Below, in pieces: positions 26,528-36,268 of a stretch of DNA of 40,026 nucleotides. The position numbers and the translations under genes are program-made. The stretch spans positions 1 through 40,026 of the forward strand of contig JADGQW010000003.1 in the NCBI GenBank assembly GCA_017881505.1, given 5' to 3'. Source of the DNA: Gemmatimonadales bacterium. GTDB taxonomy: Bacteria; Gemmatimonadota; Gemmatimonadetes; Gemmatimonadales; JACORV01. Positions within the stretch are counted from its first letter, which is position 1. Every line of letters begins with the position of its first letter. The notes beneath the pieces are model-generated. The model had not been told where the DNA came from and ran no database searches. It worked only from the letters and a program-made list of their open reading frames with translations.

Positions 26528-27058
26528 ATGAGACTCCAGGGGAAGACCGTCCTGATCTTCGCCGCGCCGCAGTTCGAGGACCTCGAGCTCCTGTACCCGA
26601 AGATCCGGCTCGAGGAGGAGGGGGCCACCGTGGTGGTCGCCGGCCTGGGGGAGAAGAGCTACGCCGGCAAGAAGGGCCACACGGTGACCGCCGACACGAA
26701 CGTGGACGACGTGTATGTCGAGACGTACGACGGGCTGGTGATCCCGGGGGGCTGGGCGCCGGACGTCATGCGGCGGTCCGACAAGCTGCTGCGCATCACC
26801 CGCGACTTCGTCGCCGCGGGGAAGCCCGTGGCGTTCATCTGCCACGCGGCGTGGGTGCTCGCGTCGGCGGGGCTGCTGAAGGGCCGCCGCGCAACCTGCG
26901 TCCGCGCGATCCGCGACGATATCGTGAACGCCGGCGCCGAGTACGTGGATGAGGCCGTCGTGGTGGACCGGAACCTCATCTCCTCGCGCACGCCGGCGGA
27001 CCTCGCGGCGTTCTGCCGGGCGCTGATCGCCGCCCTGGCGGAGGGGGCGGCGGCCTAG
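26528..27058 (+). CDS. PfpI/DJ-1 family type 1 glutamine amidotransferase-like protein (deglycase/protease)
   Basis: FEDLEL, IPGG, AFICH (nucleophile Cys-His), VVVDRNLISSRTPADL. Confidence 0.93.
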   Translation: MRLQGKTVLIFAAPQFEDLELLYPKIRLEEEGATVVVAGLGEKSYAGKKGHTVTADTNVDDVYVETYDGLVIPGGWAPDVMRRSDKLLRITRDFVAAGKPVAFICHAAWVLASAGLLKGRRATCVRAIRDDIVNAGAEYVDEAVVVDRNLISSRTPADLAAFCRALIAALAEGAAA

Positions 27059-28287
27059 CCCTCGCCGGCGAACGTCCGGATCACGACGCCGGTCGGGATC
27101 TTCGGCGCGAAGAAGGTGGACTTCTGGGGCATCACCTGCCCCGCATCCGCCACCCGGCGGACCTGTTCGATCCGGGTCGGCGGCAACAGCACCGCGAAGG
27201 CGCACTCCGCCCCGCACGCGGCGGCACGGGCCTCGTCGGCGTCGGCGGTGTAGCCCAGCGCCGGCGCGCCCCGCATCAACCCGGCCGCCACGGTCCGGAT
27301 CGCCACCGCGTCGGCGATCGCCACTTCCAGCTCCCGCACCGCCGGATGCGTGCTCAGGTCCCGCACCCGCGAGAGGTCCGCGTCGGGCCGCAGGCGCAGC
27401 GGCAACTCCCGACAGTCCGCGAACAGCACGGTGAGCGTCGCGTCGGCCGCGTCGGCGGGGACCGTGAAGTACGGCTGCGCCGCCCCGAGGAACGCCTCGC
27501 GGCTCAGCGGCGCGCCCTGCACGATGCGGTGCGTCGGGAGGATGGCGAGCCCCGGGTCCCGGAACGACACGACGTGCGCCAGGGTCCGCGCCGCCCCCGC
27601 CCGCCAGGGCTCGGGTGCCTCGCCCCGGAAGAGCACCGAGGTCTCGAAGCGATGATGCCCGTCGGCGATGTACACCGGCGCCGCGCCCGCCGCCCGCGCC
27701 AGCTGGGCGGCCCGGTCCCCCGTCACGAGCCACACCTCGTGCGACGCCCCGATCGCCTCGCAGCGCGCCCAAGGCGCCGCCGCCCCGACCTCCGCGAGCA
27801 GCGCGGCCAGCGCGCCCGAGTCGTCGGGCGCCAGCACGAAGACGGGGCTCAGGTTGCACCCGGTGGCGTGCATCAGCCGGCGCCGGTCCTCCTTGGGGCC
27901 GGCGTGCGTCTTCTCGTGGGGGAGGATCCGGCCGGCCGCGAACGGCTCCGCGCTGAGGGCGAGGAACACGCCGGTCCGGATGCGCACCGAGCCATCCGGC
28001 AGCCGCGCCGTCGTCCGCAGCACGTAGGCGGTCGGCACCGGGTCCCGGACCAGCGTGCCCGACGCGCGCCACGCCTGGAGCAGGCCGGCCGCCGCGGCGT
28101 ACGGATCGCCGCCGTTCGTGGCGAGGGGTAGGTCCGCGTGCACGATGTTGGCAGGATCGAGCGCGGCGAGGGCCGCGCGCTGCGTCGGGTTGATCACGTC
28201 GTAGGGAGGGGCCAGGCGCCTGGCGAGCGAGGCGGCCTCCGCGAAATGTTCGCCGCGGAACGTGGCGAACAGGGGTGTCTCCGTCAC
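27055..28287 (-). CDS. DUF1015 family protein
   Basis: PPYDVI, ILPHEKT, IADGHHR, LPTHR, MPQKSTFFAPK; GTGA overlap with the upstream gene. Confidence 0.88.
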   Translation of the reverse strand: MTETPLFATFRGEHFAEAASLARRLAPPYDVINPTQRAALAALDPANIVHADLPLATNGGDPYAAAAGLLQAWRASGTLVRDPVPTAYVLRTTARLPDGSVRIRTGVFLALSAEPFAAGRILPHEKTHAGPKEDRRRLMHATGCNLSPVFVLAPDDSGALAALLAEVGAAAPWARCEAIGASHEVWLVTGDRAAQLARAAGAAPVYIADGHHRFETSVLFRGEAPEPWRAGAARTLAHVVSFRDPGLAILPTHRIVQGAPLSREAFLGAAQPYFTVPADAADATLTVLFADCRELPLRLRPDADLSRVRDLSTHPAVRELEVAIADAVAIRTVAAGLMRGAPALGYTADADEARAAACGAECAFAVLLPPTRIEQVRRVADAGQVMPQKSTFFAPKIPTGVVIRTFAGEG

Positions 28288-28607
28288 ATATCCTCCGTCT
28301 GTCGCCGCTCGGCGATCAGCCGGTCGAGATGAGCCTTCACCTGGTCGAGCGTGAGCCGCCCGACGGCCTCCTCCGCCCGCGCCGAATCGGCGTCGGAGGA
28401 GAGAAAGCCCGTTTCGAGATGACCGTCGGGCTCGTTCGCGGCCGACCAGCGCACGAAGATCAGCGCCGCGCCGAACCGCCCGTCCGGTCCCGGGTCGTCC
28501 TCCGAGAAGACGCCCACCGAGTACGCCCGCCCGTCGGAGCCCTCGAATCCCGGAGGGCGTCCGTGAACCGCCTCGTACCCGCGTAGCGTCGCCTCGTCCA
28601 CCGTCAC
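28284..28607 (-). CDS. Hypothetical protein (107 aa)
   Basis: GTGA start/stop overlaps at both ends inside an operon; host-like codon usage. Confidence 0.75.
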   Translation of the reverse strand: MTVDEATLRGYEAVHGRPPGFEGSDGRAYSVGVFSEDDPGPDGRFGAALIFVRWSAANEPDGHLETGFLSSDADSARAEEAVGRLTLDQVKAHLDRLIAERRQTEDM

Positions 28608-29533
28608 CGGCCGATGCCTTCCTTCAGCACGCTCATCGGGATGAAGAAGAGCGTGGAGGGACTCTCCGCCAGCCGCCGCATGAAGTACGGATACCAGTGC
28701 GTCCCGAACGGCACGTACACCCGCACGTTGTACCCCTCGGCCCGGAGTCCCTGCTGCAGGTCGCGCCGGATGCCGTAGAGCATCTGGAACTCGAACCGCG
28801 CCGGCGCGATCCCCTTCTCCTTCGCGTACGCCTTCACCTGCGCGATGATCGCTGGGTCGTGCGTCGCGATGCCGTGATACTGGCCCGATGCCAGCAGGCG
28901 CTGCGCCAGCGCGACGTAGCTCGCGGCGATCTCCCGCTTGGCCGGGAAGGCCACTGTCGGCGGCTCGAGGTACGCCCCCTTGCAGAGCCGCACCTTCGCC
29001 TTCGCCGCCATCAGCCGCTCGATGTCCGCCGCGCTGCGCCGCAGGTACGCCTGGATGACGATGCCGATGCCGTCACCGTACGCGGGATGCAGATCCTTCT
29101 CGAAGAGGTCCAGCGTCCGCTGGGTGTGCGCGCTCCCCTCCATGTCCACCCGGACGAAGATCCCCAGCTGCTTCGCGCGGTCGAGGATGCGGCGGATGCC
29201 CGCCGCGAACTCCGCTGCGTCGAGGTCGAAGCCGAGCTGCGTCAACTTGATCGACATGTTCGCGGGGGCCTTCTCCGCCGCGATCTTCGCGAGGATCGAG
29301 AGCGCGCCCTCCACCGCGGCGCGCGCCTCCTCCTGTGTCCGCACGCTCTCGCCCAGGAGATCGAGGGTCGCCGTGATGCCCGTGGTGTTGAGCGCGCGCA
29401 CCGCCGCCACCGCGGTGTCGAGCGTGTCCCCCGCCACGAACCGCGACGCGAACCGCGACGCGAGCCAGTTGGTCCGGACGAAGTCGTTGAGCCGCTGCTG
29501 TTTGCTGAGGTAGATGAGGGTCTGGCGCAGCAT
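28604..29533 (-). CDS. Monofunctional proline dehydrogenase
   Basis: RFVAG, LDLLGE, RVDME, VRLCKGAY, ATHD, FEFQMLYGIR, YVPFG..WYPYFMRRLAE; ATG at 29533. Confidence 0.94.
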   Translation of the reverse strand: MLRQTLIYLSKQQRLNDFVRTNWLASRFASRFVAGDTLDTAVAAVRALNTTGITATLDLLGESVRTQEEARAAVEGALSILAKIAAEKAPANMSIKLTQLGFDLDAAEFAAGIRRILDRAKQLGIFVRVDMEGSAHTQRTLDLFEKDLHPAYGDGIGIVIQAYLRRSAADIERLMAAKAKVRLCKGAYLEPPTVAFPAKREIAASYVALAQRLLASGQYHGIATHDPAIIAQVKAYAKEKGIAPARFEFQMLYGIRRDLQQGLRAEGYNVRVYVPFGTHWYPYFMRRLAESPSTLFFIPMSVLKEGIGR

Positions 29534-29541
29534 AGGTCCTG

Positions 29542-31680
29542 TCAGGCTGTCGGGTAGAAGCGTCCGCCCCGCCGAGCGAGGTCGGCCAGAAGGGGCGCCG
29601 GCGCGAAGCGGTCGCCGTAATCCGCAGCGAATCGTTCGAGTATCGCGACCGCCTGTCCGGGCCCGGCGGCGTCCAATGCACGGAACGGGCCACCGCGGAA
29701 GGCGGGGAAGCCGATGCCGAAGAGGGCGCCGACGTCCCCGTCGCGGGGAGAACGGACGACTTCCTCCTCCAACGCGCGCGCCGCCTCGTTCAGCATCGCG
29801 TATGCGAGGCGCTCGGCGATCCGTTCGGCCGGCGGCGCCTCGCCCGGGATGAGATGCAGCGCCTCGTACACCGTCGGGTCGGCGCCCGCCTTCTTCCCGT
29901 TCCGGTAGCGGAAGAACCCCTTGCCGTTCTTCCGGCCAAGGCGACCGCCCGCCACGAGGGCGCCGAGATCGAAGGCGGGGGCGAGCCGCGCGCCGAGCGC
30001 GTCGTGCATCACGAGACCCGCCTTGTGCGCGACGTCGAGACCGACCTCGTCGAGGAGGGTGATGGGCCCGACCGGGAACCCCCACGCCGTCATCGCGCCG
30101 TCGATGGCCTCGATCGGCACCCGCTCCGTCAGGAGGCGGCACGCCTCGTTGAGGTACGGCAGGAGGATGCGGTTGACGAAGAAGCCGGGGCGGTCGCGGA
30201 CGACGATGACGGTCTTGCCGAGGCGGCGGCCAAAGGCCACGGCGGTAACGACGGTGCGGGGCGCCGTGCGCTCGGCGGCGATGACCTCGAGGAGCGGCAT
30301 CCGGTGCACGGGCGAGAAGAAGTGCATCCCGACGACCGTCTCGGGATGCGCCGACGCCTCCGCGATGCGTCCGATGGGGATGGTGGAGGTGTTGGAGGCG
30401 AAGAGGCACTCGGGCCGGGTGGCCGCCTCCACCTCGCGCAACACCGCCTGCTTCACCGCGAGATCTTCGAAGACGGCCTCGATGACGAGGTCGGCGCGCC
30501 GGAACCCGGCGAAGCCGTCGCCGCCGCCGACGAGCGCGAGCTGACGCGCGGCCTCGAGGCGGGTGGCGCTCTTCCGCCGGACCCGGCCCTCGATGACGTC
30601 GGCAACCGCCTTGAGCCCCTTCCCGACGCGCGGGAGGTCGGCGTCCTTGAGCCGCACCGGGACGCCCGCCTGCAGCGCGGCGACCGCGGCGATCCCCGCG
30701 CCCATGAATCCCGCGCCGACGACGCCGATCTGCGCAACGGGGAGGGGCGCGGGCGCCGGCTCGGCGACCCCGGGGTCCTTCTTGAGCGCCGTCGTGGCGA
30801 AGAAGACGTCCACCAGGCGCCGTGACACCTCGCTGACCGCCAGCCGCCCGAACTGCTCGGCCTCGTACGGGAGCCCGAGCTCGATCCCGCTCCCCAGGCT
30901 GACGCGGATGGTGTCGATCGCGGCGAGGGGCGCGGGATAGTGACCGCCGGTGCGACGCAGCGTGATCGCGCGGGCGCGGCGCAGGACGAGCGCCTGTCCG
31001 AGCGCGCTGCGGTCGAAGAACCAGCTCACGAGGCCGCCGCGCGCGCGGCGGGGACGACCCTCGCCGCGCGCGAGGCGCTGCGCCGCGGCCAGCGCCACCT
31101 CGCGGAGGATCGCGGGCGGCACGACCTCGTCCACGAGTCCCATCCGCAATGCCTTCACCGCGCGGACCTGCCGGCCGGTAAGGATGAGGTCCAGGGCGGC
31201 GCGCAGCCCGACGAGCCGCGGGAGGCGGTTGCTCCCTCCGGCGCCCGGGATGATGCCGATCTGCACCTCGGGCTGGCCGAGGATCGTCTTCGGGTGGTCC
31301 GTCGCGATGCGGTAGTGGGCGGCGAGCGAGACCTCGAGTCCGCCGCCGACGCAGGCGCCGTGGATCGCGACGACGAACGGCTTCGGGAAGCCGGCCACGC
31401 GATCCATGAGCGCCTGGCCGACCCGCGCCAGCCGCGTTGCCTCGTCCGCCGTCCGGAGCGCGACGAATTCGTCGATGTCCGCGCCGGCGCTGAACGTGTC
31501 GACTTTGCCGGAGATGAGCACCACGGCGCGGACCGATCCGTCACCGGCCAGCGCATCGAGGAGGGCGCCGAACTCGGCCCGGACGGCCATCGTGAACTTG
31601 TTGACCGGCTCGCCGGGGAGGTCGAAGGTGAGGACGGCCACGCCGGCCACGTCCTCGCGGGTGAACGCGGAGCCGCTCAT
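29542..31680 (-). CDS. fadJ: Fatty acid oxidation complex alpha subunit (enoyl-CoA hydratase / 3-hydroxyacyl-CoA dehydrogenase)
   Basis: AGADI, GGGLE, PEVQIG..PGAGG; GAGFMG, EAVFE, SNTS, GMHFF, GFFVNR; ATGA overlap with the thiolase stop. Confidence 0.92.
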   Translation of the reverse strand: MSGSAFTREDVAGVAVLTFDLPGEPVNKFTMAVRAEFGALLDALAGDGSVRAVVLISGKVDTFSAGADIDEFVALRTADEATRLARVGQALMDRVAGFPKPFVVAIHGACVGGGLEVSLAAHYRIATDHPKTILGQPEVQIGIIPGAGGSNRLPRLVGLRAALDLILTGRQVRAVKALRMGLVDEVVPPAILREVALAAAQRLARGEGRPRRARGGLVSWFFDRSALGQALVLRRARAITLRRTGGHYPAPLAAIDTIRVSLGSGIELGLPYEAEQFGRLAVSEVSRRLVDVFFATTALKKDPGVAEPAPAPLPVAQIGVVGAGFMGAGIAAVAALQAGVPVRLKDADLPRVGKGLKAVADVIEGRVRRKSATRLEAARQLALVGGGDGFAGFRRADLVIEAVFEDLAVKQAVLREVEAATRPECLFASNTSTIPIGRIAEASAHPETVVGMHFFSPVHRMPLLEVIAAERTAPRTVVTAVAFGRRLGKTVIVVRDRPGFFVNRILLPYLNEACRLLTERVPIEAIDGAMTAWGFPVGPITLLDEVGLDVAHKAGLVMHDALGARLAPAFDLGALVAGGRLGRKNGKGFFRYRNGKKAGADPTVYEALHLIPGEAPPAERIAERLAYAMLNEAARALEEEVVRSPRDGDVGALFGIGFPAFRGGPFRALDAAGPGQAVAILERFAADYGDRFAPAPLLADLARRGGRFYPTA

Positions 31681-32975
31681 CGGGCCGCCTCCAGGACCAT
31701 CGCGAACCCCATGCCGCCCTGCGCGCAGATGGACACGAGCCCGAACTGCACGCCGCGGCGGCGCATCTCGTTCGCAAGCGTGGTCACGAGGCGCGCCCCG
31801 GTCGCGCCGAAGGGGTGGCCGATGGCGATCGAGCCGCCCATCACGTTGGTGGCGTCCCAGTCCACCTCGCCCACGGGCTCCGACCGGCCGAGATGCGCCT
31901 CCGCCCAAGCGCGCGACTCGAACGCCTGCACGTTGGAGAGCACCTGTACGGCGAACGCCTCGTGCATCTCGACGAGGCCGAGGTCCTTCCAGTGCAGCCC
32001 GGCGCGTTCGAGCGCCTTCGGGACGGCGTACGTCGGCCCCATCAGCAGCTGGTCGGCGGGGTCCACCGCCGCCACGGCGTACGACCGCACGAGGGCGAGG
32101 GGCACGAATCCCGAGGCCCGCGCCACCTCCTCGGCCATGACCAGGACGGCGGCGGCGCCGTCGGTGAGGGGAGAGGCGTTCCCGGCGGTGACCGTGCCGT
32201 AGCGCCGGTCGAACACCGGCCGGAGGGAGGCGAGCTGGTCGTAGCTGGTGTCCGCGCGGATCCCGTTGTCCGAGGTGGCGATCACGTCGAACCGCGGCGG
32301 CACGAACACCGGGCCGATCTCGGCGGTGAGGCGGCCGTCGGCGGTGCCGGCGGCGGCGAGCTGGTGCGAGCGGAGCGCGAACCGGTCCTGCGCCTCCCGG
32401 GAGATGCCGTTCTCCTTGGCCATCTTCTCGGCCGACTGCCCCATCGTCATCCCGGTGGAGGGCTCCGCGATGGCGGGCGTCACCGGCACGAGGTCGCGCG
32501 GCCGCGTCCGTGCCAGGATGGCGAGCCGCCGCCCCAGCGTCTTGGCCTTGCCCGCCTCGACGAGGAGCGCGCTGAAGCGCCGGGAGTGGAGGATGGGGAT
32601 GTCGGAGAGCGATTCCGTGCCGCCCGCGATCACCACATCGGCGTGGCCGAGGGCGATCTGGTCGTGGGCCTCGGTGATCGCCTGTCCCGACGACGCGCAG
32701 GCGCGGTTGAGGCTGTGCGCCGGGATGGTCCGCGGGAACTGCGGAAGGAGGCTCACCTCCCGCGCCACGTTGGCCACGAGTACCGAGGGGAGCACCTGAC
32801 CGAAGATCACCTGGTCCACCGCGCCCGGGTCCACTTCGGTCCGGGCCAGCAGTTCGCGCGTGGCCAGCTTCGCGAGGTCCACCGCCGTAAGGTCGCGGAA
32901 GGCCGTCCCCGCCCTCGCGAACGGGGTCCGGCACCCGCCGACGATCGCGACGCGCCGACCATTGCTGCTGTTCAT
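31677..32975 (-). CDS. fadI: Acetyl-CoA C-acyltransferase (3-ketoacyl-CoA thiolase, FadI type)
   Basis: RTPF, NRACASS (catalytic Cys), NASPLTDGA, MHEAF, GHPFGATG, CAQGG. Confidence 0.93.
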   Translation of the reverse strand: MNSSNGRRVAIVGGCRTPFARAGTAFRDLTAVDLAKLATRELLARTEVDPGAVDQVIFGQVLPSVLVANVAREVSLLPQFPRTIPAHSLNRACASSGQAITEAHDQIALGHADVVIAGGTESLSDIPILHSRRFSALLVEAGKAKTLGRRLAILARTRPRDLVPVTPAIAEPSTGMTMGQSAEKMAKENGISREAQDRFALRSHQLAAAGTADGRLTAEIGPVFVPPRFDVIATSDNGIRADTSYDQLASLRPVFDRRYGTVTAGNASPLTDGAAAVLVMAEEVARASGFVPLALVRSYAVAAVDPADQLLMGPTYAVPKALERAGLHWKDLGLVEMHEAFAVQVLSNVQAFESRAWAEAHLGRSEPVGEVDWDATNVMGGSIAIGHPFGATGARLVTTLANEMRRRGVQFGLVSICAQGGMGFAMVLEAAR

Positions 32976-33114
32976 CGGGTCCGCTCCCTGGGGCCGCGCC
33001 CGCTCGACGCCGCCGCTCCGGCAAAGCTAGTCACACCCCGGAGGAGCGGCCACCGGCGCGGTGGGATGCGCGCGACGCCTTCCCGCTGCATCTTGTTCCC
33101 CTCAGGACGCCACG

Positions 33115-34782
33115 ATGGAGCACCTCTTCTCCGCGGCCACGCGCCGCACCGACCTCGACGCCCTCGCGGCGCAGCCCGTGGACCTCCTCGTCGTCGGGGG
33201 CGGGATCACGGGCGCCGGCATCGCGCGCGACGCCGCCATGCGCGGGCTCACGGTGGGGCTCGTGGACGCCGGCGACTTCGCGCGCGGCACGTCCAGCCGC
33301 TCCTCCCGCCTGGTGCACGGCGGGCTCCGCTACCTGGAGCACGGCTGGCTGCGCCTCGTCTTCGAGTCGAGTCGTGAGCGCGCCGTGCTCCTCAGGACGG
33401 CCCCGCACCTCGTCCGGCCGGCGCCCTTCCTCTTCCCGATCCATGCCGGCGGGCGCGTCGGCCGGCTCACCCTCGAGGCCGGCCTCTGGCTGTACGACGC
33501 CCTCTCGCTGTTCCGCAACGTGCGCACCCACCGCGCCTACAGCCGGCGGGGCGTGCGGCGTCTCGAACCCGCCCTGCGCGACCAGGGCCTTAAGGGCGGA
33601 GCCGTCTATTGGGACGCCCAGTGCGACGATGCCCGCCTCACGCTCGCCACCGTGCGCTCGGCGCACCGTCACGGGGCGCGGGTGGCGAACTACACCGCGG
33701 TGACCGGCTTCGAGAAGGCCGCGGGCCGGATCCGCGGCGTCCAGGTCGAGGACCGCGTCACCGGCGGGACGCGGACCCTGCACGCCACCATCGTGATCAA
33801 TGCGACCGGGCCGTGGACCGACCGGGTGCGCCGGCTCGACGAGCCGTCGGCCGCGCCCCTGCTCCGCCCGACCAAGGGCGCGCACGTGGTCGTGCCGCGG
33901 CACCGCATCGGGCACACCGAGGCGTTCACCCTGACCTCCCCCCTCGACGGCCGGGTGATGTTCGTGCTGCCGTGGGGCGATCTCTCCATCATCGGCACCA
34001 CGGACACTGACGTCACCGACGTGCCCGACGAACCCCTCGCCGACGGCGACGATGTCACCTACCTGCTGCGCTCGGCGAACGCGTACTTCCCGAGCGCGCG
34101 CCTCAACGTCGGCGACGTCGTGGCCGCCTGGGCGGGGTTCCGGCCCCTGCTCGACGTCCCGGGCGCCGCGTCCACGGCGGCGGTGCCACGGGAGCACCGG
34201 ATCGTCGAGGACCCGAGCGGCCTCATCACCATCGCGGGCGGCAAGCTGACCACCTATCGCTCCATGGCCGCCGAGGTGGTGGACCACGCGGCGCGACGCC
34301 TGCGCCGTCTCGACGGTCGCGTCGTCCCGCGACGCGCCGGGACCGATGCCGAGCCGCTCCCCGGCGGCGAGGTGGCCGATCTCGACCTCCTCGCACGCGA
34401 CCTGGTGGAAGAGGGGCTCGGCACGGGCGTCGCCACGGCGCTGGTGGGCCGGTACGGGAGCGAAGCGGCGGCGGTGTCCAACCTGGTGCGCCGCGACGCG
34501 GCGCTCGGGGAAGCCCTCGTCCCCGGGCACCCGGTCCTCGCCGCGGAGGTGGTCTACCAGGCCCGGCGCGAGATGGCGATGACGGTCGAGGACGTGCTCG
34601 TGCGCCGCACCCACCTCTTCCACACCCACGCGCAACAGGCCGTCGCCGCCGCGCCGCGGGTGGCGCGGCTCCTCGGCGGGGAACTCGGCTGGGACGAGGT
34701 GGAGATGGAGCGTCGGGCGCAGGCGTACCGGGACGAGGCCGCCCGGATGCGCGACGCCATCACGCCGGAGCGACCTGCCTGA
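33115..34782 (+). CDS. glpD: FAD-dependent glycerol-3-phosphate dehydrogenase/oxidase
   Basis: GGGITG, GTSSRSSRLVHGGLRYL, DDARL, NATGPW, GGKLTTYR; ATG 33115 with AGGA upstream. Confidence 0.92.
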   Translation: MEHLFSAATRRTDLDALAAQPVDLLVVGGGITGAGIARDAAMRGLTVGLVDAGDFARGTSSRSSRLVHGGLRYLEHGWLRLVFESSRERAVLLRTAPHLVRPAPFLFPIHAGGRVGRLTLEAGLWLYDALSLFRNVRTHRAYSRRGVRRLEPALRDQGLKGGAVYWDAQCDDARLTLATVRSAHRHGARVANYTAVTGFEKAAGRIRGVQVEDRVTGGTRTLHATIVINATGPWTDRVRRLDEPSAAPLLRPTKGAHVVVPRHRIGHTEAFTLTSPLDGRVMFVLPWGDLSIIGTTDTDVTDVPDEPLADGDDVTYLLRSANAYFPSARLNVGDVVAAWAGFRPLLDVPGAASTAAVPREHRIVEDPSGLITIAGGKLTTYRSMAAEVVDHAARRLRRLDGRVVPRRAGTDAEPLPGGEVADLDLLARDLVEEGLGTGVATALVGRYGSEAAAVSNLVRRDAALGEALVPGHPVLAAEVVYQARREMAMTVEDVLVRRTHLFHTHAQQAVAAAPRVARLLGGELGWDEVEMERRAQAYRDEAARMRDAITPERPA

Positions 34783-36268
34783 CCCGGGCCATGTCCCGGC
34801 CCACCGTCCGCACCGAGAGCAGCAGGATGAGCGCGCCGAGGAGCCCGACCGCGGGGAGCGAGAGCATCGCCGCCCGGAGGCCGTAGCGGTCGGAGAGGAA
34901 CCCCACCACCGGCAACGCCACCGCATCGCCCGCGATGTGGATGAAGAAGACGTAGGCGCCCATCACCGTGGCGGCCACGCCGCGCGGCACCACGTCGAAC
35001 AGCACGGCGGCGATCGGCCCGTTGTACCAGGTGAACAGGAACACCACCGCGAAGAAGAGCACCGAGAAGGCCGCGATGTCGTGCGTCAGCAGCAGCGCGA
35101 CACAGAGGGGCGCGCCGGCCAGGAACCCGCTCGCGCTCGCGATCACGCGCCCGCTCGGCCAGCGTTCCATCAGCCGGTCGCCGAGGCGGCCCCCCACCCA
35201 CGATCCCAGCACCCCGGCCGCCAGCCCGATCATGCCGATCGCCCGCCCCGCGTGCGCGAGGTCCATCCCCAACTGCCGCTGCACGAAGCTGAGCGACCAG
35301 GCGACGAGGGAGTTCATGCTGGCGGAGGTGAGCGCTCCGCCGAGGAACATCCAGACCAGCGTCGGTGTGCGGAGCACCAGCGCCGCGGCGTCGAGCATCT
35401 CGTCCACGATGTCGGCGGGCGCGCCGGAGGGCAGTTCGGTGACCCGGCGGAGCACCACCCGCGCCCACTTGAAGACCGTCCAGGCGAGCCCGATCCCGGT
35501 GATGCCGAGGAAGGTCGCCGTGTCCACGGCCGCGGGAACGCCCTCGAAGAGCGCCAGGACAGCGCCGACCAGCGTGGCGACCGCGAGCGACCAGAGAAGG
35601 GGCGCCACGGCCCGCACCGCGTGCCGCACCGTCACCTCGAACTTGCGCCGCACGGGCCGCGGCTTCGCCACCGGGATGCGCGCCCACGGGTCCTTCAGCC
35701 GGGCGAGGAGCCCAGCGAAGAGCACGCCCGGCAGTCCGATGAGCAGCAGCGCGCCGCGCCAGCCGAAGGCGCCCGCGAGCTGGCCGCCGAGCCACACCGC
35801 CAGCACGCCGCCGAGCACCAGCCCCGACCAGAAGATCCCCATCGCCTGGGCGCGGCCCTTGTCGGGGAAGTAGTCGGCGAGGAGCGCCTGCGCGGCCGGG
35901 AGGTACGACGACTGCGTCACCCCGACGACGGCCCGCGACGTGAAGAGCTGCCAGTACGAGCGGGCGGCACCCCCGAGGGCGGTGAAGCCGCTCCAGGCCG
36001 CTACGCCCGTGGCGATCACCCAGCGCCGAGGCAGGAGGTCGGAGAGGACACCCGCCACCAGGGAGCCCAGCGCGAACACGATCGCGAAGACCGAGCCGAG
36101 CCAGCCCAGCTGGGTGTCGGTCACGTGCAGGTCGTGCTTGATCGGCTCGAAGAGCGCGAAGATGACGCTGCGGTCGAGGTAGTTGAGGAGATTGCCGAAT
36201 GACAGCAGGAGCAGGGCGTACCAGACGTACGCCCGCGAGACGGGGCCGACCCCGCCGCGTTCGCTCAC
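34760..36268 (-). CDS. MFS transporter (spinster-like) with extra central TM hairpin
   Basis: [17 protein letters not shown] (motif A-like), GWRGA, GGRLGDR; GTG 36268 overlaps the stop of the DHS-like gene (GTGA). Confidence 0.88.
   Translation of the reverse strand: MSERGGVGPVSRAYVWYALLLLSFGNLLNYLDRSVIFALFEPIKHDLHVTDTQLGWLGSVFAIVFALGSLVAGVLSDLLPRRWVIATGVAAWSGFTALGGAARSYWQLFTSRAVVGVTQSSYLPAAQALLADYFPDKGRAQAMGIFWSGLVLGGVLAVWLGGQLAGAFGWRGALLLIGLPGVLFAGLLARLKDPWARIPVAKPRPVRRKFEVTVRHAVRAVAPLLWSLAVATLVGAVLALFEGVPAAVDTATFLGITGIGLAWTVFKWARVVLRRVTELPSGAPADIVDEMLDAAALVLRTPTLVWMFLGGALTSASMNSLVAWSLSFVQRQLGMDLAHAGRAIGMIGLAAGVLGSWVGGRLGDRLMERWPSGRVIASASGFLAGAPLCVALLLTHDIAAFSVLFFAVVFLFTWYNGPIAAVLFDVVPRGVAATVMGAYVFFIHIAGDAVALPVVGFLSDRYGLRAAMLSLPAVGLLGALILLLSVRTVGRDMARVRQVAPA

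Noticed and set aside
29542-33024. 1160-aa ORF suggesting a longer fusion protein
   Set aside because: The N-terminal extension is an off-frame read of fadI; the true fadJ start is ATG 31680 (ATGA overlap). The same artefact affects ORF-track entries 28604-30409, 34760-37246, 22845-25172 and 22857-25079.
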